DNA of 64,000 nucleotides from Hemiscyllium ocellatum (lineage: Eukaryota), in the NCBI RefSeq assembly GCF_020745735.1, contig NC_083409.1, positions 5,755,534-5,819,533 on the forward strand. Reading direction: 5' to 3'. Both the position numbers and the translations under genes were made by a program. The notes beneath the pieces are model-generated. The model saw only the letters and a program-made list of their open reading frames with translations, did no database searches and was not told the origin of the DNA. Positions within the stretch are counted from its first letter, which is position 1, and each line of letters starts with the position of its first letter. Positions 13,083 to 24,199 of this stretch are shown here, in pieces.

Positions 13083-13149
13083 TGTTCTAGCCTTCTTGAA
13101 ATGAATGATGACATTGCATTTGCGTTCCGAAGTGCCAACAGGGTAACGT

Positions 13150-14330
13150 TCAGAGAATCCTGATTATGACTCCTCAGTTCCTTTGTGGTTCAGATTTCTG
13201 AATGCTTTCCCCATTTAAAAAAAGCTCACACTTTCCCACACTCTATTCCATCTGCCACTTCTTTGTCCACTCTCTGAGCCTGATCAACTCCTTCTTCAAC
13301 TTCTCCACTTCCTCAACATGACCTGTCCCTCCACTTACCTTTGGGTTACCTGCAGATTGAGCAACAATGTCCTCAGATCCTTTATCCAGATCATTAATGA
13401 ATCATTCATTTTTGGTAAATAGCAATAGTCCCAGCATGGACCTGTACAGAGTCACACTAATCACCGGTTGCCATCCTGAAAAAGATCCCTTTGTCCCACT
13501 CTCTTCCTTCTGCCAGGCGGCCAGTCTTCTATCCAATGCTGGACCTTATCCGTAACACTACGGGCTATTCTCTTCTTTAGTAGCCTCCTGTACGGCACAT
13601 TGTCTAATGCTGTCTATAAATCCAAATTGATCACGTTCATTAGCTCTCTTCTATTTAATTTGTTCATTCCTTCCACAAAGAATTCGAACAGATTTGCCAG
13701 GCCTACCCTTCATGAAGCCATGCTGACATAGCCCGACTTGACCATACACTTTCAACTCCCCTGCAATCTCATTTTTAAACTGAAGTCTACAATCTTACTT
13801 ACGACTGATGTCAGATTTACCAGCCCATAATTTCGCATCTTCTGCCTCCCTCCTTTCGTAAACAGGGGAGTTACATTAGCCATTTTACAGTCCTCGTGGA
13901 CTCTCCCTGACTCCAGTGATTCCTGAGAGATCACCTTCAATCCCTCCACAAACTGCTCAGCTATCTCCTTCAAATTCTGGGATGTTGTCCATCCAGTCCG
14001 GCTGATTTATCCATCTCAGAACTTTCAGCTTCCCCAGCACCTTCTCCTCAGTGATAACCATTACTCTCATCCCTGCCCCTGAATCTCTTTAAGTTCTGGT
14101 ATACTACTGGTGTCTTCCACCATGAAGACTGATGTAAAGTCACTATTCAGATCCTCTGCCATTTCTTTGTTCCCCATTAGTACTTCTCCAGCCTCCTTTT
14201 CCAGCAGTCGAACATCCAGTCATGCCTTCCTCTTAGCTTTTATATTGCGACGAAAAAAAAAACAGTCTTGCAGTCTTCTTTTATATTACCAGCTGCTTAC
14301 CCTCGGATTTCGTCTTCTAACCCCTTGTTA
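13150..14330 (-). mobile_element. CR1-type RT fragment
   Basis: Minus-strand ANVTPLFTKGGRQKMRNYGLVNLTSVV. Confidence 0.7.
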
Positions 14331-14339
14331 TTTTTTTTA

Positions 14340-14940
14340 GTTGTAAGCTTACAGGATCCTTGGGTTTTTAAAGTACAGCGCAGAGTATAAAAGCAAGGCA
14401 GTGATACAATACCTCTATAAATCACTGATCAGACACGACTTGGAGGATTGTGTTCAGTTCTGAGCACCTTATTTAAAGAACAATATCAAAACCCTGGAGA
14501 GAGTTCGAAGGAGTTTGAACGGAATGATACCAAGAATGAGTGATTTTAGATACAAGGAAAACTAAGAAAGATTGGGCTTATTCTCCTCTGAGCAGAGAAG
14601 ATTAAGAGGTGTTCTTATAGAGCTGTTCACTGTTTTGAACAATTTTTGACAGGGTTAAATAGGATATTCCGTTTCCGTAACTATGGGTAACAATTTTAAG
14701 ATGGTCAGAAAGACAGCCATGAGTGAGATGGGGATGGATGTCTTTACTAGAAGAGTTGTTAGGATTTAGAACATGCTGCCTGACACAATGGTTGAGGGGG
14801 TATCTATCGGAGGTTCCAATATGTATTATTAAAATTGATTAAGTTAGAGGACACCAGAAATCGGACTGGAGAGTGGGACAAGCTGGAAAGCTCTTTCTGG
14901 AGACAGCACAGGCATGATGGCTTGAATAGCCTCCTTCTGT
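14340..14940 (+). mobile_element. CR1/L2-type 3' fragment
   Basis: Degenerate LY-K-SLIR-x-x-LE-x-CVQF and W-N-x-LP segments. Confidence 0.55.
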
Positions 14941-15661
14941 ACTGAAAATTCGATCATTCCATTTCATTTTGTCAGCTCTTTGCTTTCTGCAGATCTTGTT
15001 CAATTTCACTCCTGCATTTTCTATCCTCTCAGCTTTCTGCAGATTTCAATTCCAGATAACCAACATTACCTTCCCTGTTTGGTCTGCTCTACTCTGGCTG
15101 CCTTTTGACATCCCAGGCTGAGAGTCTAGATTTGAGAGTCTCACCCTTACTCTTTGTAGGAACAGTTTCTGAACGATCTCTGTCTCATCCTTCGAGGGAA
15201 CCAACTGCCCTGACACTGATTTCCCGTCCAGTCGTTGTTTCCAGTCCAACTTTACCAAATCTCTGCACAATTTAGCAAAATGGTTCATTCCCAAATGAAA
15301 ACTTTTACACAGACTCCATGGTTCTCCATTTCCATCCCTACTCTCAATCTCACTGTCACTGAAATGCTCCCCCATTGATAGCCCTTCCAGCTGCCCACAT
15401 TCATTCCATAAACGATAGTCTAGAACTGTCCCTTCTCTCTCTGCTGTATCACCATCAGGGGCAGTTCGGGATGGGTAATAAATGCTCGCCCTGCCAGTGA
15501 CACTCACATCCCAAGAAGTAATTTGAACAATGACTGTTGTTTTGTCGGGCTTCTTAGGTATTGACTACAAATGTTTAAATGGATGGTTTTGTCAATTATT
15601 GTTCGAAGAGTTTAAACCCCTTTGAATGGCAGGGATTAAAATAGTTTCTCTTGTCTTTCAG

Positions 15662-15984
15662 GCTATGAGAACTCTCAGTTGACCTTCCTGACCCCCTCTG
15701 CGCAGCAGGTAAATGCCAAGGGCACTGTCACCCTGGTGTGCCTTGCCAATCACTTCTACGCCGATGAGCTGGAGGTGCAGTGGAAGAAGGACGGTGCAGT
15801 CATTTCGGGCGGGGTTCAGACCAGCAACTACTTGCGAGCTTCGGACAGCACCTACAGTGTCAGCAGCCTGCTGACCCTCTCTGGGACTGACTGGAAGTCC
15901 AACGCTCGCTTCTGCTTTGCCCTCACCCAGGAGATCCTCCCCTCTCACCTCAGCAAGAGCATCAGGAGATCAGAATGTGTGTAG
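15662..15984 (+). pseudogene. IGKC: Immunoglobulin light-chain constant exon, kappa-type (shark type III/NS4-like); open frame but probably non-functional
   Basis: Acceptor tttctcttgtctttcag at 15645-15661, phase 1. Reads (x)YENSQLTFLTPSAQQVNAKGTVTLVCLANHFYADELEVQWKKDGAVISGGVQTSNYLRASDSTYSVSSLLTLSGTDWKSNARFCFALTQEILPSHLSKSIRRSECV*. First Cys, Trp and C-terminal Cys present; GVQTSNYLRASDSTYS matches the recalled shark kappa C. Confidence 0.9.
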
Positions 15985-16350
15985 AGTGCTTGAGACGGTC
16001 TACGGAGGCGACACAACTTAAAAACAGAACAGGGCTGAGGTGGCAGTTGTTGAAGTCTGTCAGCTGTACAAAACAATGTGAACCTCATAAGTCTCTGCTT
16101 CAGTAAACCAGATCTCCTTCCTGCTCAGCGACCAGTTCCATTTTATGGTTTTGTCACTGTTTAAAGGGACAGGAATCTCATGTTATTGAAAAAATCCCCA
16201 CAAGTGTTTTGCCTCAAGCTCCATTGTGGCTGTGATTTGTGCAGCTTCCTCCGTCTGGGCTGTTAATTGCAGTCTGTTTTCTGTCAACGTCAATCTGGTC
16301 AAGGTAATAAAGATGAAGAAGATTCAGTCGCTGTCTCTGTGTACTTTGGA

Positions 16351-16613
16351 TTTTTTTATAATTAAGAGGATATCTGACACTTCTTTTCTTTTATTTTATA
16401 GCACCGCCACTATCACCTAACTGTAGTACTGCTTATATTTTCCCCAGCTCCCATGTTGTGTGTATGCAGGTGTGGGACACAGTGAAAGACACAAAGTATG
16501 TAAATCTTTATTCAATTTCACTACCAGAAAGAAAGGAAACACCCATGTGGCCAGTGCCAAGCAGTGCCCTTATTCAAGGTCAATGCTACATGATCAAACA
16601 GTGAAGGGGAGGG
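16351..16613 (-). mobile_element. Tx1-like (L1 clade) non-LTR retrotransposon 3' end, copy 1 (3' UTR only)
   Basis: T-rich tail on the plus strand; aatctttattcaatttc (AATAAA on minus); homologous to copies 2-4. Confidence 0.65.
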
Positions 16614-16627
16614 CTGTGTACATTGGA

Positions 16628-17032
16628 TTTTTTTCTTTTATTTTCTAACTGCAGTAGTGTTTATATTTTCCACAGCAGCCATGGTGTGTGTGTGCAAGTG
16701 TGAGACGCAGTGAGAGACACAATGTGCAGAAATCTTTATTTAATTTCCACCACCAGGAACACAGGAAAACACCCGGGTGGCCAGTGACAAGCAGTTCCCT
16801 TCACGCCAAAGGCCAATGCTGTGTGATCAAAACAGTGAAGGGGAGGGTAGGGGCTAAATTAAATAGAGTTGGAGGGTGAAATGATGCACTCCACTCCCTG
16901 CGGCGCCCACGCCTCCCTGAACAACTCCAGGGTGTTGGTGGATACCGCGTGCTCCTTCTCCCGGGCTCTAATGTAACCGCGGAAGAGGGGCAGGCAGTCG
17001 GCCCTAACGAACCCCTCCACGGCCCGCTGCCG
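16628..17032 (-). mobile_element. Tx1-like retrotransposon 3' end, copy 2 (ORF2 C-terminus + 3' UTR)
   Basis: Minus strand reads QRAVEGFVRADCLPLFRGYIRAREKEHAVSTNTLELFREAWAPQGVECIISPSNSI*, resembling recalled shark Tx1 ORF2 ends. Confidence 0.7.
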
Positions 17033-17046
17033 TTGTGTACATTGGA

Positions 17047-17238
17047 TGCTTTTTCTTCCCTTTTTTTAAATTAACTCCCACACTACCACTTAACTGCGGT
17101 AGTGCTTATTATTTCCCCAGCACCCATGGTGTGTGTGTGTGCAAGTGTGAGACACAGTGAGAGACACAAAGTGCTCGAATCTTTATTCAATTCCCACCAC
17201 CAGGAAAAATAGGAAGACATCCGAGTGGCCAGTGACAA
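17047..17238 (-). mobile_element. Tx1-like retrotransposon 3' end, copy 3 (short)
   Basis: Same 3' UTR, terminal hairpin and tail; truncated at gtggccagtgacaa. Confidence 0.65.
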
Positions 17239-17246
17239 AATCGCCT

Positions 17247-17691
17247 GTTTATTTTTTTTCTTATTTTTTCTGGTTATTTTAAAAAAATTATTCCCCCACA
17301 CTACCGCCTAACTGCGGTAGTGCTTATTTTTTTCCCCAGCACCCATAATGTGTGTGCAGGTGTGAGACACATAAGAGACACAAAGTACACAAATCTTTAT
17401 TCAATTTCCACCACCAGGAAAAATAGGAAAACACCCGAGTGGCCAGTGACAAGCAGTGCCCTTCACATCAAAGGGCAATGCTGTGTGATCACACAGTGAA
17501 GGGGAGGGCAGGGACTAAATCAAAATAGCGTTGGAGGGGGAAATGATGCACTCCACTCCCTGCAGCGCCCAAGTCTCCCTGAACAACTCCAGGGTGTTGG
17601 TGGACACCGTGCTCCTTCTCCCGGGCTCTAATGTAACGGCCGAAGAGGGGCAGGCAATCGGCCCTAACGAACCCCTCCACGGCCCCTGCCG
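17247..17691 (-). mobile_element. Tx1-like retrotransposon 3' end, copy 4
   Basis: Homologous to copy 2, with the same 5' truncation point; perfect 9-bp hairpin at 17299-17322. Confidence 0.7.
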
Positions 17692-18039
17692 CTGTGTACA
17701 TTGGAAATGGACCGCTGCCCTGAGCTGATTGGTTGCATTTCACCAGGTCATTGTCACAATTGGCTACTTTGCCTGTCAATCAATTACATGTCTGTTCTAT
17801 GTGATACTGACAGACAATCAGCAATCACTTTTAAATGATCCATTTGATCTGGAATTCTGTCAATTTTGCAAACAGAACATCAACTGAAAGCTGTTGAGAC
17901 TCAATACTTACAATCTGAGGATTTCCCTCCTCACTCTGTTGGTCCAGACACAGCTGGTGGGATTGCACTGTGCACTCTCTGTTGTAAGCCTGGGAGCACC
18001 TGAAATGATGTTCAGCCTATCACAGATACTGCAGGCTGT

Positions 18040-18810
18040 CCGTTTCTGTTAGTATGAGTGTATTACTTAATGCTACTTGTACATGTCTCTTTGAGGTATG
18101 AGTATGAGTATGAGTGTGTGTGCGTGAGTGTGTTACACAGGCAGAAACCTACAGGCAGCACTGAGTGACACACCCAAATTTAGAGACACATCTATAGGCA
18201 GCACTGAATAACATGTTCACACTCAGAGACACACCTATAGGCAGCATGGAGTGTGAGCATTTTACACAGTGCTATGCACACACTAAGAGACACACCTAAA
18301 GGCAGTGTGGAGTGTGCGTATTTTACACAGTGCTGCCTGTCTCTCTGACTGTGTGTGTTACTTAGTGCAGCCTGTCGGTGTCTCTCTGAGGTATTTGCCT
18401 CTTAGCGGTGGATACAGAATGAGCTTTGTGCTGGAGATTAAAGATTCGGCTTTAGTCTTCTCAAATCATGAATGAAAAACAGTTCAGCTGATTCAGTTTG
18501 AGATGGCAGCTCATTGAGATGGCCAAATTTCCTCAGCTGCCTAAGGAGAGACACTGACTGGCAGCACTGCGTAACCTGCTCACGCTCAGAGAGACACCTA
18601 CAGATAGCATGGAGTGTGAGCATGATACTCGGTGCTGCCTAGCTCTCTCAGTGCGTATGTTATTCTGTTCTGATCGTCGGTGTCTCACTGAGTGTGATTG
18701 CTTTACTCTGTGATGTCTGTAGGTGTCTCTCTAAGTAGGTGTGTTATTCTGTACTGCCTGTCAGTATCCCACTAAGTGTGAGTACGCTACTCTCTGATGC
18801 CTGTCGGTGA
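18040..18810. repeat. Degenerate ~40-bp minisatellite (gagacacacctataggcagcactgagt...) in alternating orientations, with a ~140-bp direct repeat at 18380-18527 / 18810-18945
   Basis: Recurrent gagacac...taggcagca units and their reverse complements (tgctgcct...gtgtctc); tatttg.ctcttagc.gtggata...gaga.ggccaaa occurs twice. Confidence 0.6.
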
Positions 18811-18949
18811 CTCTGAGGTATTTGTCTCTTAGCAGTGGATAGAGAATGGGCTTTGTGATGGGGATTGAAGATAAGGCTTTAATCTTCTCAAATCTTAGGT
18901 GAAAAACAATTCAGTCTGAGATGGCACCTCAGTGAGACGGCCAAAGTTA

Positions 18950-19030
18950 AAAATCACACAACACCAGGTTAGAGTCCAATCGGTTTATTTGGAAGTTCAA
19001 GCTTTCGGAGTGCTGCTCCTTCATCTGATA
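18950..19030. mobile_element. Penelope-type terminal repeat with a hammerhead relic on the minus strand
   Basis: aaaaatcacacaacaccaggttagagtccaatcggtttatttggaag...ctttcggagtgctgctccttcatctg. Confidence 0.6.
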
Positions 19031-19371
19031 GCGAGCAGGGCAGGATCATAGATCATAAAATTTATCGTGAAATTGAGACGGTAGCTGAGAAACGTGAATA
19101 CTGAGAGTATTTCACAGTTAGGGAGAGACTCCAGAGTCAGTGCACACTGTGTTCCCTAATGTGTTGCCCGATGACAAGGGGATTTTCTGGAGCCAGGGTC
19201 ATTGCAGTAGTGGCTGCCTACCCAGCTAATGCTGGTGAGCCACAGTCATATTTCAATGGTTAATTAGCCCTAAACTAAATGCAGCAATATCACCTTCCAG
19301 GGAGGGGAACTGTCTGAGGCAGGGAAGTTAAACTCCAGCAGTCCCAAGAGGCGCAAACTCACACATTCCTG

Positions 19372-19545
19372 AACACAATGGGCTATTTTAGTATGATCAA
19401 TTCACCTAACCTGCACGTGTTCGGAAACGCACAAAGACACAAGGAGAATGTGCAAACTGTACAGAAGTAGTCACCTGGGGCTGGAATCTACCCGAGTCCC
19501 TTGGGCTGTGAGGCAGCAGTGCTAACCACTGATCCACCTTTCCAC
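19372..19545 (-). mobile_element. HE1/V-SINE-type SINE fragment
   Basis: ttcacctaacctgcac...gagaatgtgcaaact...gtgaggcagcagtgctaaccactg. Confidence 0.75.
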
Positions 19546-19829
19546 CCTTTAAAAAAGCCCCAAAATTTGAGCTTTTGTTAATTTTGTTAATGTGAGCTTG
19601 AGGTGATATAAACTATAAACACACAACCCTATGCCAGGGAAGGTAGTGGAGGGTGGAACCTCACATTCTTTAAATAGAATAACATTCAACGATCTTGGAT
19701 AAGTGCAGCAAATTGGGATTAGGATGCTTTTCGTGGTAGCTATGTTTGTGCAGACTCAATGGGCCAAAGGTTGTATCAATCTATGCTCCATGCTGAGAGG
19801 ACAGTGCAAGATAATGGTGACTAGCTTAG

Positions 19830-20160
19830 GCTGTTCCAAGATGGCAAACTCATCATCAAGGGTCAGAGGAAATACTTCATTCTTCAGTGAAGGCCCAAGT
19901 CGGTGCTTGGAAGAAGGGTCAAGGCTAATGGACACAAGGTCAATGGATACTGAGCGAGGGCACAGGGTGCTGGCTGGCATCTCCAGGAGTTGTAATTAGG
20001 CATGTGGAGACAAGGGGGGAGTGTGTAAGGAGGGAGTGCACTTTCAGATGAAATGCGAACTCTGCCAGCAGCAATGTGACCTTCAGCACCAGAGGGTGTC
20101 CCAGACTGTCAGGCTCACTGGCGGCTCTTTGTGTGATTTTACACAACCACTTATCTGGTC
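19830..20160 (+). mobile_element. Possible PIF/Harbinger transposase relic
   Basis: Fragmentary motifs in order: FILQ, GDKG, LQHQRVSQTV, LCVILHN (cf. GDxGY ... LQYxPxRVSxIVxACCxLHN); frameshifted and shortened. Confidence 0.35.
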
Positions 20161-20419
20161 ACCATGCAAAGCCTTCCTCATGTCTATACTACCATCTACA
20201 CCACTGTCTGCACCCACTGTCTGCACCCAGCATCCACAACCCTGTCTGCACCCTCCACTTGCACATCCCATATTTCTGCTGTTGTATGATTGTATTCAAT
20301 AATTCCACGGAGAATACTGCAACAGAAATCTGAATTTCAGAATTGTCAATGATTATCTTCAAACCTTGACCTTCGAAGTCTGTGTTCCACAATGAGCTGA
20401 TTAATATTAATTACTGAAT

Positions 20420-20870
20420 GCCATTTGATTTCTGTGATGGCAGGCCTAACGTATAAGGAGAGGTTGAGGTGGTAAGGATTGTGTTCACTGGAGTTGAGAA
20501 GAATGAAGGAAGGGAATCTAGGAGAAAGCTATAAAATTGGAACCAGACAAGACAAATGGAGTTTGGATATTCCCAATGGTGAGAAGTTCAGAACCAGGCT
20601 TCATAGTGTAAGGTAGAGGGGTAAACCCTATAGGACACAGATGAGGAAAAATGTCTTCACCCAGAGAGTGGTGAGCCTGTAGAATTCTCTGTCACAGAAA
20701 ATGGTTGATGCCAAAATATTATGTTTTCAAGAAGGAGGTAGAGATAGCTCTTGTGGCTAAAAATTTAGGGATATGCGAGTAGAGAGGGACTACAGTATAG
20801 TGCTCAATGATCAGCCACAAACATTTTGGAGAGGCTGAATGGCTTACATCTTCTCCTATCCTCTATGTTT
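20420..20870 (+). mobile_element. CR1-type 3' fragment
   Basis: L-x-Y-K-E-R-L-x-x-x-G-L-x-S-L-E-x-R-R-like sequence and ttcacccagagagtggtgagcctg. Confidence 0.6.
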
Positions 20871-22727
20871 CTATGGAGCGTAAAATAGATTGCCAGATGG
20901 AGGTCAGCCTGTCAGATGTGTCAGTATCCATTCAAAGATTCCACCCACACCACAACCATTCCATTTTAATTGGGCCCACTCCCTCTCTTCCTACGTCTTT
21001 GTTATTTCACCAGTGACCACACCTCCCCACCACCACTTCCCACCCACTTCACCCCCTCCCAACTCTGGCAGGAGCTGTGCTTGTGACCCATTGTTTGTTT
21101 TATCTTACTAATTGGGTGATGTGATGGTGAGGCTTTCAAAGGCTGGAAGAGCTGAATTCTTATCGCCCCTTGTGTTGATTTTGTTGTGTGCCTCAATAAA
21201 AATATGGACGACATAACACGGCGCCTCACAGAGCCAGGAAGCCAGGTTCGAGAGTCATACAGCTCAGAAATAGGCCCTTCAGCCCACCATGTCAGTGCTG
21301 ACCAACAAACTACACTAATCCCATTTACGCGCAGTTGTCTGGCGCCTACTATGCCCTGGCATTACAATGGTCATCCAAATGTTTTTTAAAGATTGTGATA
21401 TTTTCAGCCTGCACCATCCTCTCAGGCAGCATGTTCGATATACCAACCACATGCTGGGTCAAAAAATACTTTCACCTGAATCTTATGACCTCTGGTCTTA
21501 AACAGGTCTGGGTGAGGATGGGAGGCTGCAGAACAGTGTGAGAGGTCAGCCGTGGAGAGAGGGAGAACAGTGTGAGAATGAGGGTGAGGAATCAAGTCTG
21601 CAGCAGGAAGATACATGTTTTCTGGAAAGCAGAACAACTAGGGCAGAGATCCAAGAGCTGGTAGGAATAGTTTCCATGCTTCCTAACAGTAGCTTTATGG
21701 TAGAAAAGAAAATAAATCAGGAGATAATGAGGTCTTGTAACAAAAGCTTCTAATTAATTACCAATAACTTTAATCTTAATGTCGATTATTTATTGTCAGA
21801 AATTTCTTTTTAATTCATTCAAAGGATGAGGGCATCACTGACTCGGACAGCATTTATTACCCACCCTAATTGCCCTAGAGGGCAGTTAACAGTCATTCAC
21901 ATTGCTCTAGGATTGGATTCCCATGTAAGCCAGACCAGGGAAGGATGGCAGTTCCCTTCCCTAAGGACATGATTGAACCAGATGAATTTTCCTGACAATC
22001 GACATGGATTAATAGCCATCGTTAGGCTCCTAATTGCACATTTTTAAAATTGATTTCAAATTCCCCCATCTGCCATGGTAGGATTTGCGCCTGTGACCCC
22101 GGAACCACATCTGGGTCTCTGTGCATTAATCGCAGGAGGTTAGTGTGTAGGTACAGCAATTAATCAGCAAAACTCATGGAATGTTATGGTGTGCTGTGAG
22201 CGGAAACTGAATGCAAGGCTTTATTGCAACATGCAAGATCCTGAGTGGCCTTGACTGGGTGGATGTGGAAAGGATGTTTCCTCTTGTTGGAGAATCCAGA
22301 CTAAGGATCACAGATTAAAAATTAAAGGAGAGTCCATTCAAAACAGAGATTCAGAAACATGTTTTTATTCTCAGGAATTGCCAGTCTTTGGAATTCCCTT
22401 CCTTAAAGGGCAGTGGATGCAGAATCTTTAAATATTTTTAAGGCAGAGTTAGATAGATTTTTGATGACTGAAGGGATGGAACATCATGGGATAATGTAGA
22501 GTTGAGGTTAAAATCATATCAACCATCGAAGGCTGTTGCTCATATTTTCTACCTGCAGATAAAGCTGCTTGTGCAATACGCCTCATCTGCACAGTGTTTT
22601 CTCCAGAGTTTCACAACGATATGTGAAAGATAGTGGCCTCCCAAACAATCCATTAACTCTGAATTGGTTTACTTAAACAATAAACACATTACAAGTAATG
22701 AAGCAGACATTACAGTAAGCAATAATG

Positions 22728-23035
22728 GGCAGCACAGACCTTCAACGGTTAGCACTGCTGCCTCACAGCGTGTGGGACCTGTGTTCAATTCCACCCTCAG
22801 GCGACTGTGTGTGGAGTTTGCACATTCTCGCTGGGTCTGTGTGGGGGTCCTCTGGGTACTCCAGTCTCCTCCCACAATCTAAAGATGTGCAGGTCAGGTG
22901 AATTGACCATGCTAAATTGGCCATGGTGTTTGGTGATGTGTGGGTAGGTGCAGTTGTCAGCGTAAATGTCGAGTAATAGGATGGGGGAATGGGATACTCT
23001 TTGGTGATTCGGTGTGGACATGTTGGGATTCTGTG
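22728..23035 (+). mobile_element. HE1/V-SINE-type SINE
   Basis: gttagcactgctgcctcacagcg...tgtgtggagtttgcacattctc...caggtcaggtgaattg. Confidence 0.85.
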
Positions 23036-23290
23036 AATTGATCTCTCTGTGCAGCTTGCAGGCTCACAGATGATTAACTGATAAGTGGATTTTCTCAAAA
23101 GCAATATGTTCACACACACACAGCCACTTAACATAAAGAGGAGATAGTTACATTCTCTTTTGTTGGAGACAGTCATTGGCTGGCAGTTGTGTGGCACAAA
23201 TGTAACCTTATTCATGTTCCAGGCCCACATCTCTGGCACTAAACTGCTTTGGAACATCCTCAGGTGATAAAAAAAATTGCCTTACATGTG

Positions 23291-23608
23291 GGTGCACGAT
23301 GGCTCAGTGGTTAGCACGGCTGCCTCACAGCATCAGGGACTCACCACAGGCAGGTCTGTGTTGAGTCTGCACATTCTCCCTGTGCCTGTGTGGGCTTCCC
23401 TGGGTGCTCTGGTTTCCTCCCATAGTCAAAAGATCTGCAGCCTCAGTAAATTGACAGTTCTAAATTGCCCATAGTGTCCAGGGATGTGCAGGCTAAGTGC
23501 ATTAGCCATTGGAAAATACAGGGGGCTGGGTGGAGTGCTCTTCAGTGGGGAAATGTGGACTTGATGGGCTGAATGGCCTACTTCCACACTATCGAGATTC
23601 TGTGATAC
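23291..23608 (+). mobile_element. HE1/V-SINE-type SINE
   Basis: ggctcagtggttagcacggctgcctcacagc head and conserved core. Confidence 0.8.
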
Positions 23609-23712
23609 AAATGCAAGTTCCTTCTTTCAATTCTAGCCCTGAAACATGCATGTGGTTCTGTCTCATATCCATTCAAGAGATGGCAACCCCATGAAGGCAG
23701 AAGCAACCTCTA

Positions 23713-23830
23713 TTATTTTGGAAGATACTTCTTCCACTCTGTGTCCTTCACAGGCTTGTAGACAGCAACAATGAGATCGGGAAATAACCCAAAGCTATAA
23801 TCTTCTGGACTCTTCATTAAACTGTGGAAC
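23713..23830 (-). CDS. RNASEL: RNase L-like terminal exon (C-terminal KEN helices), open; functional status uncertain
   Basis: Acceptor aattgttcttttcag, then one leftover G and FHSLMKSPEDYSFGLFPDLIVAVYKPVKDTEWKKYLPK* (TAA 23715-23713). Aligns with recalled human RNase L [37 protein letters not shown]. In frame with exon 32140-32016. Confidence 0.8.
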
Positions 23831-24199
23831 CTGAAAAGAACAATTAATGTCCAAGTCAATGAGGATATTTCTCAGCAATACCTAAATGCTGAGTTTTAGT
23901 ACTCAGCAGGCCCCAGAAGTCAAAATAACTGAGTAGACCATTGCTCTGAATTGTTCATACATGTTGCCTTCACATTTCTGGAGGCTATGATGAAAAAGGG
24001 TTGATTACTCCTCTCCAAAATACAGCTTAAAATCAACTCAAACACCCAACCATCCAGCTGAGAGCGGAGCCCTGTACTAACTGGAACCTGGTCAGTGTGA
24101 GCACTGTCACCTCTGTCTCAGAAGCTTTGCCTATTTAAACCAGAAACTTAGTCTGAGAGTCTTTCGGCACAGAAACCGTTCCCTTGGTTCAACGCATCC

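Noticed and set aside
16337-17705. 14-bp repeats with variable spacers as a CRISPR-like array
   Set aside because: Vertebrate DNA; the spacers are homologous retrotransposon ends with polyA tails.
22560-22625. AG|IKLLVQYASSAQCFLQSF as a plus-strand terminal exon for arm A
   Set aside because: Wrong phase, poor match, and not homologous to the true terminal exon at 23713-23830.
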